A stretch of DNA of 64,000 nucleotides. Source: Botryllus schlosseri (lineage: Eukaryota). Where the stretch lies: the NCBI GenBank assembly GCA_051294905.1, contig CM119373.1, positions 3,534,001 to 3,598,000 of the forward strand, written 5' to 3'. The translations under genes were made by a program, and so were the position numbers. Position 1 is the stretch's first letter. Every line of letters starts with the position of its first letter. Below are positions 1 through 12,000 of the stretch, in pieces. Under the pieces are notes generated by a model. It was given only the letters and a program-made list of their open reading frames with translations. It had not been told where the DNA came from and ran no database searches.

Positions 1-74
1 TTTATTGTGCCTGCCTCCGTTGCAAGATATCCGCCAAATCTGCAATGTTTCTCGGGGTCCAGTCGAACCTGAAG

Positions 75-1031
75 CAGTGTTGGGATGACTCGAGTCAGAC
101 TCGAGTCACCTTTTTCGCATGACTTGACTTGACTCGAGTCACTTTGCTAAAATGACTTGACTTGACTTGACTCGGCGTATCAGAAATGTAGATTGACTCG
201 TGACTCGGAGCAAAATTCACGAGTCAATTTCAAGTCACCAAGTAATCGGTGTCGATAAAAACCACTGTATCTTGCATATGTTCGGATTGTTCGCGAAACG
301 CTGGTGCACCACCCGTGAGAGCGACCAATCATTCAATGATAGTGCATTTCACCGAGCCTCGATTGCTCCCGCACAAATCATCAAACGTCATCAAACGAAG
401 TGATCGAAACTTACAGCTTACGTTGTCGTAACTCTAGTCATAAAGTAATAACATAGCAAAACGTCTATTTCTGTTCTCTGTTCTTACCTCAGCCAAACCT
501 CTTGTTCTATTGAAATTGAATTCGAATATAGTTTATAGTTCTCAACCATTGACGCAGGCTCGAATTGTATCATATCCATTTGTAAATGGGTAATGTATTG
601 CATCTTATCAATTTTTTCTCTATTCTCTATTTCGGCTGGTAACTATAAACTGAGACTATGCAATTGCGCAGTTTAACAGTTTCACGTATATGTGAGCGAT
701 GCAGCGCCTTCTTGCGTGTATGTATATTTAACTCTATATTCGTTCATCGGTTCGGAATCAATAACCAATCAATCAATATCAGACAGCTAGCAAATTGAAA
801 TGACGTAATCACGCCTCATACTTTGAAAAGCCAACTTGACTTGAAATGTGACTTGACTCGTGACTTGACTTGACTTGACTCGACTTGACTCGAGTCACCT
901 CCAAAAATCGAGTGACTTGACTTGACTCGAGTCACCTTTAAAAATCGATTGACTTGACTTGACTCGAGTCAAAATGTGCAATGACTCGAAGTGACTCGTG
1001 ACTCGAAGGTAGTGACTTGATCCCAACACTG
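75..1031. mobile_element. non-autonomous hAT-type element (MITE) with GACTCGAGTC/GACTT subterminal repeats
   Basis: TIRs cagtgttggga (75) / tcccaacactg (1021-1031); perfect 8-bp TSD acctgaag at 67-74 and 1032-1039; a partial right end recurs at ~4130-4251. Confidence 0.9.
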
Positions 1032-1911
1032 ACCTGAAGTAACTTAGTTCAGTCAGATAGCGAGGACAACGACCGAACGGTTACACCTGATACCAACCCC
1101 TATACTTCACATCAAAAATTATGGCTCGTTTGTTAGTGTGGAAAGTGATATCGAAAAATGTATATGTCGATCCAAATTTATTTTACAACCCCTAACACGT
1201 AAATCATTTGTCACAGACCCCATAACACACGCAGGTCGGAGTTTTTTTGCATGTGAGGAAAGATTCTGCCAGTATGCCTGTGTAAGTAAATTCGCGTACT
1301 GTAATCATGGGATTATCGCGGAGGTTTTTCAAGTATTTTCGGTCCCAATGTCTCATCGGTACCACATCTCCTTACATAACCGCTAATCCAGAATAACATC
1401 AAAATGATCCAATTGATAGAAATGACTAGGCAAGTAGCGTAGATCATTTCAGTATACTCGATAGTATGTCTCTGACTACCCAACTAGAATCATTGGAATT
1501 ATAATGCTCGATTCAGATTTGAGTATTACAATTTTTGTGTAGCCCTACCAATGAAGAGCACTATAACGATATAATGTCAACGGTGAGATCATAATGAAAG
1601 ATTCCAGATGTGACACAAAATCGAAGTTCACCATGCACATGGGATTATAGTTGTGTGCGGCATATTTCTTGTGGTTAAAGCTGATTTGATGGTATAACAC
1701 ACACATTAATCAAGCTATGTATATAGTCGGACCTCGTGGCATGTAACTGATCCAATTACACAACACTTAAAACATTTGCAGGTAACAATACGCCAATTAA
1801 TTCGCCACTGGTATTCCATGACATTCGTACGTTTTGTTACTTCCCTTTGTTCTGAAAATAACCTTCAGTCCATAGAATTCTTCCACATCCACTTTGTTAT
1901 AAGCTTTGTAG

Positions 1912-2415
1912 TTGTGTCCCACGATGATGAGAGACGCGAACGCAATTGCTGGTTGGCAGTGGGTCAGATAGTGTCAAGCAATATGAATAATTTTGAACCA
2001 GAAAGACCCTTTACCTCAACCGGATGCTTGGTATACAAAGCGTTTCAGGAATGCATGAACGGAAACAACTGCAAGCTATCGCATAACATTTCGACTGGTC
2101 AAGTACGTGTAGCAGTGGGCACCGTCATTAGTAAGATAGAGGATGTATCTGGAATTGTCACGTTCCAGATTGCTATTTTCTGAAAGTGAAGTCAAGCAAT
2201 CCAACCTCCTGTGCATACGAAGAGAAATATTGTCGAGCAATGAGTCGGAGATGTCTTTTGTTTGGACTTGTCACGCTGTTGCTTCGAAGGTATCACATGG
2301 TGAAGTCACATTCCTGGTTTGCAGTCTCTATCAGGAACACACTCCAGACATTATTTTCAAGGACGATACTGAGTTTATTGTCGAGGTCATCGATTTCCAC
2401 CACATAAACTCATAA
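1912..2415 (+). pseudogene. frameshifted coding-like exon of unknown protein (~165 aa)
   Basis: ctttgtag acceptor at 1911; two protein-like overlapping ORFs (1776-2183, 2143-2415) join if one T of atttt (2175-2179) is removed; no family recognised. Confidence 0.35.
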
Positions 2416-2761
2416 TAATACAGTAGGCCTGACAGTCCACTGGTCCGCCACATATTTTTCTGAATTTTACCTGTGTGCGAGGTGAAAAAGGTTGAGAAGC
2501 ACTGTCTTAGACGGCTCAGTGCTCAGCTCGAACGATCATGGTTTATGCGTTTATATTTTCACGGATGTGTAGATGGGTGGGTACTGGGTAGTGTATGGCA
2601 CGATATCAATTTGTTGTAACTTTGCTTCGTATACGATCTTCAATAAGGGATGACAATAACAGACTGTAGCATGTAGCTACAGCTTCTCAAGTATCCTTTT
2701 GGCAGTTCTACGTGTGCGTGAGTGATACCGCGCCTTTTTGTATGTATTTAACAATATATTA

Positions 2762-4052
2762 CACTGGCCAACAAAATGATTTTTTTTTAGGCAGAACATC
2801 TGAGAGCCGTTTCTGGGGTTTTTGAGGTTGCTGATTACGAATATCACATTGGTTTTGTCTGATTGGCTCTCTGTCAGAAGATATTTATACCCCTATAAAA
2901 GCCCAAAATTACTGTATTCACCCTTAAATATTTCGCTTGGTAGGAAGAAAATCGTAGTTTTTTCTAATTTCATACTGCGCATAAATGGCTAATTGACTAT
3001 GAAGAACCCTCATGTCATTCTCAGTCAATCTATCAATATTAACTATAAAATTTGTCCTTGAAAGGATTAACTACTATATTCATATGTGTCTCATTTCTTT
3101 TGACTGGTAAATGGATAATTTTCCACTGAATCAACAAAGCGGGTATACCTAGTAACCCCATCAAACGAGAAGCATAAATCTGGTATCTGGTATATTCGAA
3201 TACCGATGAAAGATTCCAATTTCACATTAAGAGGAGTTCACAGCATGTAATGTCTCCTAAGATGTAGTAAATGAAACTTTTTAGCTGATCACAAAGCACC
3301 GAACTACAAACAGTTGGTCCGAAAATTCGTAACTGCATATCGAAAACTTGGAACAAACATGAGCATTAAAGTTCACTTCCTGTTCAGTCATCTTGGTATA
3401 TTTTCCGATCATCTTGTTGATTAGCAAGGGTAGAGGTTCTAACAAGACCTCAGAACAACAAAAGAAAGATAGCAGGGCAGATGATATGAACCATTGAACA
3501 TATTATGTCAGACCATTGCCGGAACCTTTCGAGAAACTGCACTAAATAGCTTACTGGCGAAAATCGTACAAAACACAATTTCAATTTAACATATATCAAT
3601 AATATTGTATTCCAACTGATTATTTCAAATTTACAATAAGTGGTTGACGTAAAACTGATTGAACTATAATGCCACGTTATTCGAGTATCTACGTAAATAC
3701 TCATATACATGACTAGAGTTTATTTATGTTCATGATATCCCGTGAATGTATTTAATTATGATAAATCTAATACCCCTAAATATAGTGCTGTTGCTGTATT
3801 TTGATTTAAAATAGTCTTTTGTGTGTAAAAATAACAAGTAGATTTAATTTCTAAACTATATAGTACGACTAAGCCGATTTTATATCCAGTCATTACCCTG
3901 AAAATGGGAGATTTTGGTCAAAATACCCCCATGGATTATCTTCACAACAAGAGTCAATTTGAAAAAACTAAGGTCATATTCAGAATCAGTGCCCTTCAGA
4001 ACCCCCAAAATCACTCTTACTTTGTCTGCCTAAAAATATGTGTTGACCAGTG
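2762..4052 (+). mobile_element. Chapaev3-like (CMC) DNA transposon derivative
   Basis: Imperfect TIRs cactggccaaca..taggcaga / tctgccta..tgttgaccagtg; 3-bp TSD TTA on both sides (2759-2761, 4053-4055); internal transposase relic. Superfamily assigned from recalled motifs only. Confidence 0.7.
3275..3540 (+). pseudogene. degraded transposase C-terminal segment
   Basis: Translates NFLADHKAPNYKQLVRKFVTAYRKLGTNMSIKVHFLFSHLGIFSDHLVD*QG*RF*QDL, matching the HFLxSHL..D(E)QGERFHQD motif recalled for Chapaev3-type transposases; several stops. Confidence 0.7.
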
Positions 4053-5787
4053 TTATAGTTATTTAATTTAAGATCAATGGCCAATTAATATGTCCTTAAC
4101 GCAGCGAGCAAAATGTTATGACTTCGAATCGTCATACACTCATACTTCGAAAAATCAGTTTGACTTGAGTCACGTCCAAAAACGAGTGACTTGACTTGAC
4201 TCGAGTCAAAATGTGCAATGACTCGAAGGTAGTGACTTAATCCCAACACTGCCTTATATTACGTAGATATAGATCATTGGTACTGAATGAATGTTCTGAT
4301 GATGATGACTGCCGACCGTCAAAATGCTGCATAACGATTTAGTCCTGGTTAAATATATTTTTGGTCGGTATATGACAGGGGTTGGAAGCCCATTTCGTCC
4401 AACAAGGGCATTGTTTTAAATTCTGATGCGTTACAACAGATCAAAACAAACAGTATGCGGGTCTCAGCACTTTGCAGCTGGTGGTTCGTAAGTTGTCAGT
4501 GACTGGATTTGGTGACTGTTTCTTGCCGACCAAAGAAGATATTGATCACTGTTAGAGGCTGGATTGGAGTGACACATCTATCAAACTGTCATGGCATTTG
4601 ACAAGACATGAAATTAAGCACGGCATCGGATTTTGTTCGAGCCATTCACCGTATTATTGTCGACTATTGCAAATCGTGGGAAATCATGAAGGGAAAAGTG
4701 ATTTCAAAGAATGGAAATCAACTTATTCAGAACAGCGTGCGAATGGACAGGGCAGTCCAAAACAGAAAAATCTGCAATACAGGATGAAAATATAGCATCC
4801 TGGCGCTTTTCGGACTAATAACTGTATGAAATTTTCGATTTTTAAAGTGATAGTGTGACTTTTACATGTTACGAAATTAAAGTGACTTTTTCTCGCAATT
4901 TTCTCTTTTCCATACCTTGAAAGTTATGAATCATTTTTGAGGCAGAAAAAAGTTTCATCAGGAAATTTGGGGTAATTAGAATCTATAATAAAAACCCAGA
5001 AGAAATTTCACTCAAAAATTTTGCCAGAAAAAATTAATCAAAAAAAGTAGTTTGAAAAATCATAAAATCTAATGGAAGTCAAAAAAACGTAGACCATTTT
5101 TCAATAAATTTTCACCAAAGTTAGGATGTCCAACAAAGCACCTTGTGTTCAAATTTCAAAAATATTGCTTCATTAGTATCAAAGTCATGGGTGTATGACT
5201 CATTTCCCACTTCGTGGGGTAGCCTAGCCCCTTAAACGATTATCTTACTTGAGTGATTCGATTCGGAACCCAGCCGAGTCGAGCCTCACTCATGATGATC
5301 CCACAGCAGTACGCATAATGTTGAGAGTTTGAATATATACCTTTTATGAGACCACGAATAATACAAGGCCAGTTCTGCAGTAGAGTAAATATTATTTTGT
5401 ATTTTTTAGACCATATCTATATCACTGCACTTAGCGACAATGCTACAAGTTTTCACGACTTCACAGAGATGCCATATTCACTAACTTTCATAGCTTTGTA
5501 CTACACGTTTAGTATGCTGTCTGCTCACACAGTGGAAAATAGTACTGAAACTAGAATTATCATTGATAAATTAACTCTTCCTGGCAAGGAGCATATAATT
5601 TGAGTAGGCTTCTCGGAAAGGTCACCTCTCACTACACGGATTGAATCATTAGAATTATTCAGCCCTACTCAGCACAGAAATCGCAACACAACAGCGATAA
5701 TTATTGCCCGTTGTCCCGGGGAAAAAAAGTCAAGTCACCCCACTATTCCCCTGATACCCAACCACCTAGCACAGAAATCGAAAACAC

Positions 5788-5793
5788 TTTATT
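5788..5793 (-). promoter_or_regulatory. candidate polyadenylation signal of ASCC3
   Basis: AATAAA on minus strand 144 nt downstream of the TAG stop. Confidence 0.5.
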
Positions 5794-5936
5794 GCCAACA
5801 CAAAACTAGACACTTATCGTCGCAAATGCTTCCATAATTACTCATATTTCACTGTCCCAAAAATCACCGAAAAAATAGACACAATGAACTCCACATCCAA
5901 ATTTCGAGACACACAACAGACGATGCCAAGACTGCG

Positions 5937-6066
5937 CTACGTCATGTTCGACATATCGTTGGATGCTGGTAGCTGTGTCATTGCTGGTATTACGTTCATT
6001 CTGACTTCATACCGCTGGTCCAGGCCCATGTATGAATCCGATATGAGCCACACTGAGAGTATCCTC
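5937..6066 (-). CDS. ASCC3: ASCC3 last exon
   Basis: [25 protein letters not shown]; TAG at 5937-5939. Confidence 0.9.
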
Positions 6067-9000
6067 CTGGAATGCACAGAAGATACAAATGTTCAACTGA
6101 AGCAAAAAGTTCTGGAATTGTCTCTTGGAGACACAGGACTTCAATATATCATTATATGTGGTTACAAGAGAATTTGGCGTTAGAGATGTAATGCCAGGGT
6201 CGTAACAGACATTTCATTGTAACTTCGAAGAATAGTAAAGTCACCACATGATTGGTATTTCTTCTATCAAACCTGATACTTCGAAAATAGGGCCAGAAGC
6301 TATTAAGACTGAGGAAAATTACGATATTACGAATGCGAACCATTCTATATCACTTGAACAGAGTTTAAAAAGTGGGTTGAACCGGGTTAAACTGAAAACG
6401 GAACAGTGAACGTAATGACTTGGACTCGACCCTCAACTCACTGACTTGGACTCGGACTTGACTCGGTGGTGAATTGAAAATGACTCGATTTGACTCGGGT
6501 CAAATCTATAAAAGTGAGATTGACTTGTGACTTGGTTACAACCATGCTAACCGCATCTGGCTAGGGGTTACGGTGAGAGTAGGGCTAGGTTAGGATTGGG
6601 GGGGCCAAGTGCCGAATTCAACAATCCCCGAAGTTGCAGGTAGCCTGGAATAATATATTCGTTAGGGGTCTTCAAAAATGAATTCTTTTTTCAAATTATA
6701 CTGGCTACTTGATAAAATTGTTAGTTTATCTAATTTAATCCTACATACCAAATTTAGTTCAATTCCAGCCAGTAGCTGCATTACTACAGGAAAACGAAGT
6801 TTCTATTTATTATAAGTAAATTTAAAAAAATTTCTGTTAGGTTGTGTGTAGAAACGATGGTCACCAAATCTTGCTCAATTCAAACCAGTGGAAGCGGGGT
6901 TATTGCTGTCGAAAAATTTCGATTTGAATAAAATAGTATTTACGGTGGGCACACCTATAATAAATAATTAAAGAATTGATCACCGTAAATACTATTTTAT
7001 TCAAATCGAAATTTTTCGACGGCAATAACTCCGCTTCCACTGGCTGGAATTGAACCAAATTTGGTGTGTAGGCTTAAATTAGGTAACCCAACAATTTTAT
7101 CGAGTAGCCAGTACAATTTGAGAAAAAAAAGTCATTTTTGAAGACCCCTAATATTCATACATCTAAATTATCCCGAATATTTTCCATGTGATAGTAATCT
7201 TGAACAATCGTCTGCAATTGCAGAGCTCAACACAAATGTTGACACGCAATGGAATTCATTTTGCTTATTCAAAATAGCAATGTATTATTTAATTCTAGTC
7301 TGCAAAAATTTTGGGGTTGTCGCAGAGATAAGACAAAAGCTAAAATTCACCATTCACACAAATTTGGCGAAAGAGCCAGCCAGTTATGAAGCACTTCTAT
7401 TTTTTCCAATTACTTGGAATAATATTTATCTACTTGCATTACATACTCGAGTAGTTATATATCAGACTACTTCATCTTTTACCTAACAATTTTTTAGGCG
7501 AAACAACTTAGGAGGTTTTACACTTTTGATTTTGTGACATAGAAAGTTGTTTTTAAAACACTTTTGTCAATTCACAAGTTTACAATACATTTGAATAGTA
7601 TATTGATATTGAAATGAGCCCGAATATTTTCGGTTGACACTCGTCAGGGGTAATCGTCGGCAACCGGTAGAGATTTCAAAACAACTTCGTATATCAAAAG
7701 TCGTTGGATTTACTATTATGAGTGAAATTTCCATGAAAACTGGGAGAAATAACCTCTGTATCACGGCAACTGAATGTATTCCCGAAACTTGTACAAATTT
7801 CTAGTGTAATTGGCGATTTTTACGTCAGTCGCTAGGAAGTGCCCTGTAATTTCAAATTTTCAGCCCACTTCGTTGAACGACAAATGTTACCGACCTTTCC
7901 ATGTTGTCTGCGAAGAATGACAGCGCTTCTGTGGCTATACCGCGCAGGGTTTGGATTCTCTTCAAAGCCAACACCTCCTTATGCTCGACGTCGGCCAGCA
8001 GCAGAAACCAACCTTCCAGTTTCGGTTTCGGAAAACGCGGGGTCATGGCTTTTCCATCGTGCTATGCAGAAACCAGGATTTGAAATTGAGATTCACGAAT
8101 TCGCAATTATCTAGGACAACGGTTCCCAAACTTTCTTTTGTCGTGTGGCACGCTACAACAATTATAAATGCTCGCGGCACACTTACAAAATAGTTGCTTT
8201 TTGATATCAAAATTATTGCAATGGGATGCTTATTTACACAAACATACGAGGTTATATTGCATTGTTGACAAAAGTTCCTGCGTTGTCGTCAATACCAAGC
8301 AGTCTCTCTCAAGCATAGGTTTTAATTACAGTCAAAACGAAGAAGCTATGTTCACATAGATACCAACATACAAGCGGCAATCAAACTAGAATTACTTTGT
8401 ACGATTGTACCTATCATGATATAGGATTGGCAATGAGACAGCAGTTTTTCATCCATTTTCGTTGAAACAGCGCTTTAAAGAACGGGATTTGTACATCAAT
8501 GAGTTGTTCTTCTGCAGAAAAATTGCCGGATTCATTGTTTCTAAATGGACTAACTATCCATTCAAGTTGTGAGCGACAGATCCTGAGATGTAATATCGCA
8601 ATGCAAGTTGAATTCCAGGCAGTGTGCTCAGGTTTTGCGCGATAACTATGGCAAGTTTTTGTCGCAGTCAAATCCGTGGAAATTTGCAACTATTTTTCAC
8701 AAAATTTGTACTATAAAGTTGCATTTATGGACAAGTTCCATGAAAAATAATTGGCTATGAGATACTCGAATCAATCCGTATGCAAGGCACCGTCGCACAA
8801 CTCAGTGTTGGCCACTTCAACAAAATCAATGGCCTGAAAAAAATGACCCAGTGAAAATATAATTTTCGTCGGCCCGGCCTGAATATCTACGTCAAATCAC
8901 AAAGGACCTCAAATTTAAACGACAGTGACATAATCGAGCGATCTATTCACATATAGTGCCAAATATTTGCAGTAAAAGTTATTAGAATGAAAAATCGAAA

Positions 9001-12000
9001 AAACTTGCTAAAAGTTGCGTGAAGAATCGAAAAAACTTGCATGAAAAACCGAAAAAGCAAAAAGTTGCAACATAAGAATCCTCCAAACAGCTCAACACCA
9101 TACTGCATAACTTCTGAGCATTTAGAAATTTGCCGGAAGCTGTAAAAAAAAGTCGAAAAAGTTGCAAAAACTTGCCCTAGTGATAAATTTTGCTCATTTA
9201 TCAGCTATGAAGCAGTTAAACCGCGATGCTCGACTTGGAAATCGCTGATCTATTTTGTGGAATTTGATACTCCAAAATAGGCTTGTAACCCCTAGTTTAT
9301 CTGTTTGAACAAACAAGGGTGAGTTGAACTCATCTTGCACTCCATAATGAAGTGCGAGCCCTGCCCACAGCTGGTCACAAAGTGCAATGAAATAAGTACG
9401 GTCTAAAAATACCAAATTATATTCAGTTTGATCTAGAGCTGGCATTATATTCATTGCAGTCACACGAAAGCTAGTCCTAATTATAACACATAAATAGACT
9501 AAGTTCATGAGAGAATAGCCTGACAAACTATGAAGTGAACAGACAACAATAGACCACACTTACTCCTTTGTTCATCCTTCGTAGCGTCACCTCGACATGA
9601 TACTCCTGATCTACGTGAATATTAACCCACGAGCTTTTCACACGAACCCCAACTCCTGCACAAGAACAACATAATCGTAAACCGATCGAAATACGATGCC
9701 GAAAAGTAATTTACGACAAAACAGAATGGCCATCGGTAACATTTTATCAGGGTTGTAACCAAGTCACAAAGCTCCGAGACACAAGCCATTCTCACTTTTA
9801 TGGTTTTGACTCGAGTCAAGTCGAGTCATTTCAATTCAGCACCGAGTCAAGTCCGAGTCCAAGTCATCGAGCAGAGGTTCGAGTCCAAGTCATGGTATTA
9901 TGACTCGAGTCCGAGTCCAAGTCATTGTGTTGACTGCTCAGTTTCCAGTTAAAGTCTTGTAAACCCACTTTTTATAACTCTGTTTGTTGATATTGAATGG
10001 TTCGCATTTATATATACTAATTTTCCTCACTTTTAACTGTTTCTGGTCGCATTTTCAAGTACCAGTACCAATAGACGTAACCCCAATAGTGTGGTTACTT
10101 TTCTGTTCTTCGAAATTATAATGAAATGTCGGTCTTGGCCGTCTGAGTCTCGAGTCAAATGACTTGGTTCGAGTCATGCGCAATGACTCGTGTCCAAGTC
10201 GAGTCATTACCGTATTTTGAGAAAATTAATCGAGTCATCAAAGTATCGTGACTCGAGTCGATTCATTACTCGAGTCATTACAACCCTGCATTCTATGGTG
10301 CAGAGGGGATCATTTTTGCAGAAATCAAGCGCGCATAAATACGAATTCGGTTTCATTACTTTAACAGAATAATATATATCCATGACCCCGCAAAACAGAA
10401 AAGATAAAAATAAAGACACCCATCACGGACAGTGCCGAGGTCTTATTCTCACCGTGAGTGGCCGGGACGGTGACATGTTTCAATTTGGGATCGTCCCAAA
10501 CGCCCTTGACCCTCAAGGAAACGTGGACTTCCGGAAGATTTTTGATGTAGTCACAAATCTGAAAAGCACAAGATTTATTTTAACCCGAAAAACGGATGCT
10601 TCTGACCTAAAATTTTTTACAATTTTTGGCATTAAAAGACTTAATTTAGACCAAATGTAAGAAAATTAGGTGTTTTCGCACATGATGTTGGAATTGTACC
10701 ACTTATCTTCATTTCTGGTTGAGACTGTCTATCCTTACAAAGTAGCTAGGCCTGAGCTAACTCTTTTGACTTGAAAACTTTCAAATTTTTACATGAAAAA
10801 CTTCGTTTTAACGAAATCTGGACCTATGAAGAATTCCAGTAGTTACATCACGCATTATGGGAGAAGTAATTAAAATTTGTTGCGGTACAACGAAAGATAC
10901 TTTCCTACATTTATCGGGTAGAAAGTGTCTGTCCTTACTAAGTAGCTTGCCAAGAATGGAGAAAGAACGTTCAACAGCAGCAATTGTTGGCTGACAAACC
11001 GTGTTGCTTCATTCTGACAATGGTGGCTAGTGGCTACATCGTCACTTTTTCATCATGCGCTTCTTGATAAAAGAACCAATGCCCTAGCAGTCTTGCTTCA
11101 GTTAGGATATTGTGGTACGTTGAGCATAACACCATGTCAACCTATTTGTTTCATCTGGCCGTTTATGATTCACAATGAGCAGACAATGGGCCGTCTACAA
11201 CGATAGGCTTATAAAGTAGGCTACAAGCTGTAAAATGTCACATGATAAGCTCACCGACAGCGCAAACATCTACGATCCAAACGAAATGCAGGCTGCAAAT
11301 TTTTTTTACTTTATAAACAATTTTGACCAATTTTTTGACCTAACGCTACAATTTTGACAAAATATACACTTATTTTGATGTCACAAAAAAACTTCCCTAA
11401 TCATCACTTAATTACACATCACATCTGTACTAAACTATTAAACGATATAAGTCATTGCGGTAATTGATAAAAAATGCTGCACACAGAGCATGCTCCATTC
11501 AATATAGCATAGGAGCACCTATTATTCAACTTGAGTGACATTTATTGACTGCAATGCTGCATGAAGTCTATAAAAACCTCATGTTGATGTAGAGAAAAAA
11601 TGTTCCAGAGCGTAAAAGAAATTTGTAACCAAGTTTCGTCCACCTTTAGTTGTTATACACTAGACTGATTTCTAATGATACTACAATGCCAGTCAATGGC
11701 ATTGTGACCACAGTTTAAGGGCATACCGAAGTTGTTTCGTCCGTGATGTCACAGATGATGGAATTAACCATATCAGAAACATAAATTCCATAACTTGAAA
11801 ATTTCTTTCCGACTCATTCCATATTTTTCAATCAAGACCGAGTCAAGTCAAATAAGTTAGGGCTTGACTTCGATCCGATTATTCGAAATCTCATGCCAGT
11901 GACGTCATATTTTGTGATACGATTGTTGATATACAATGTTCTTTCCACTTCTCTACTAGTTGCTGACGATTGCACCTGACGAGCATCAGCCGAAAATATT

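Noticed and set aside
6550-6605. ggttagg-like telomeric-looking repeats
   Set aside because: Too short and degenerate; likely part of a small MITE
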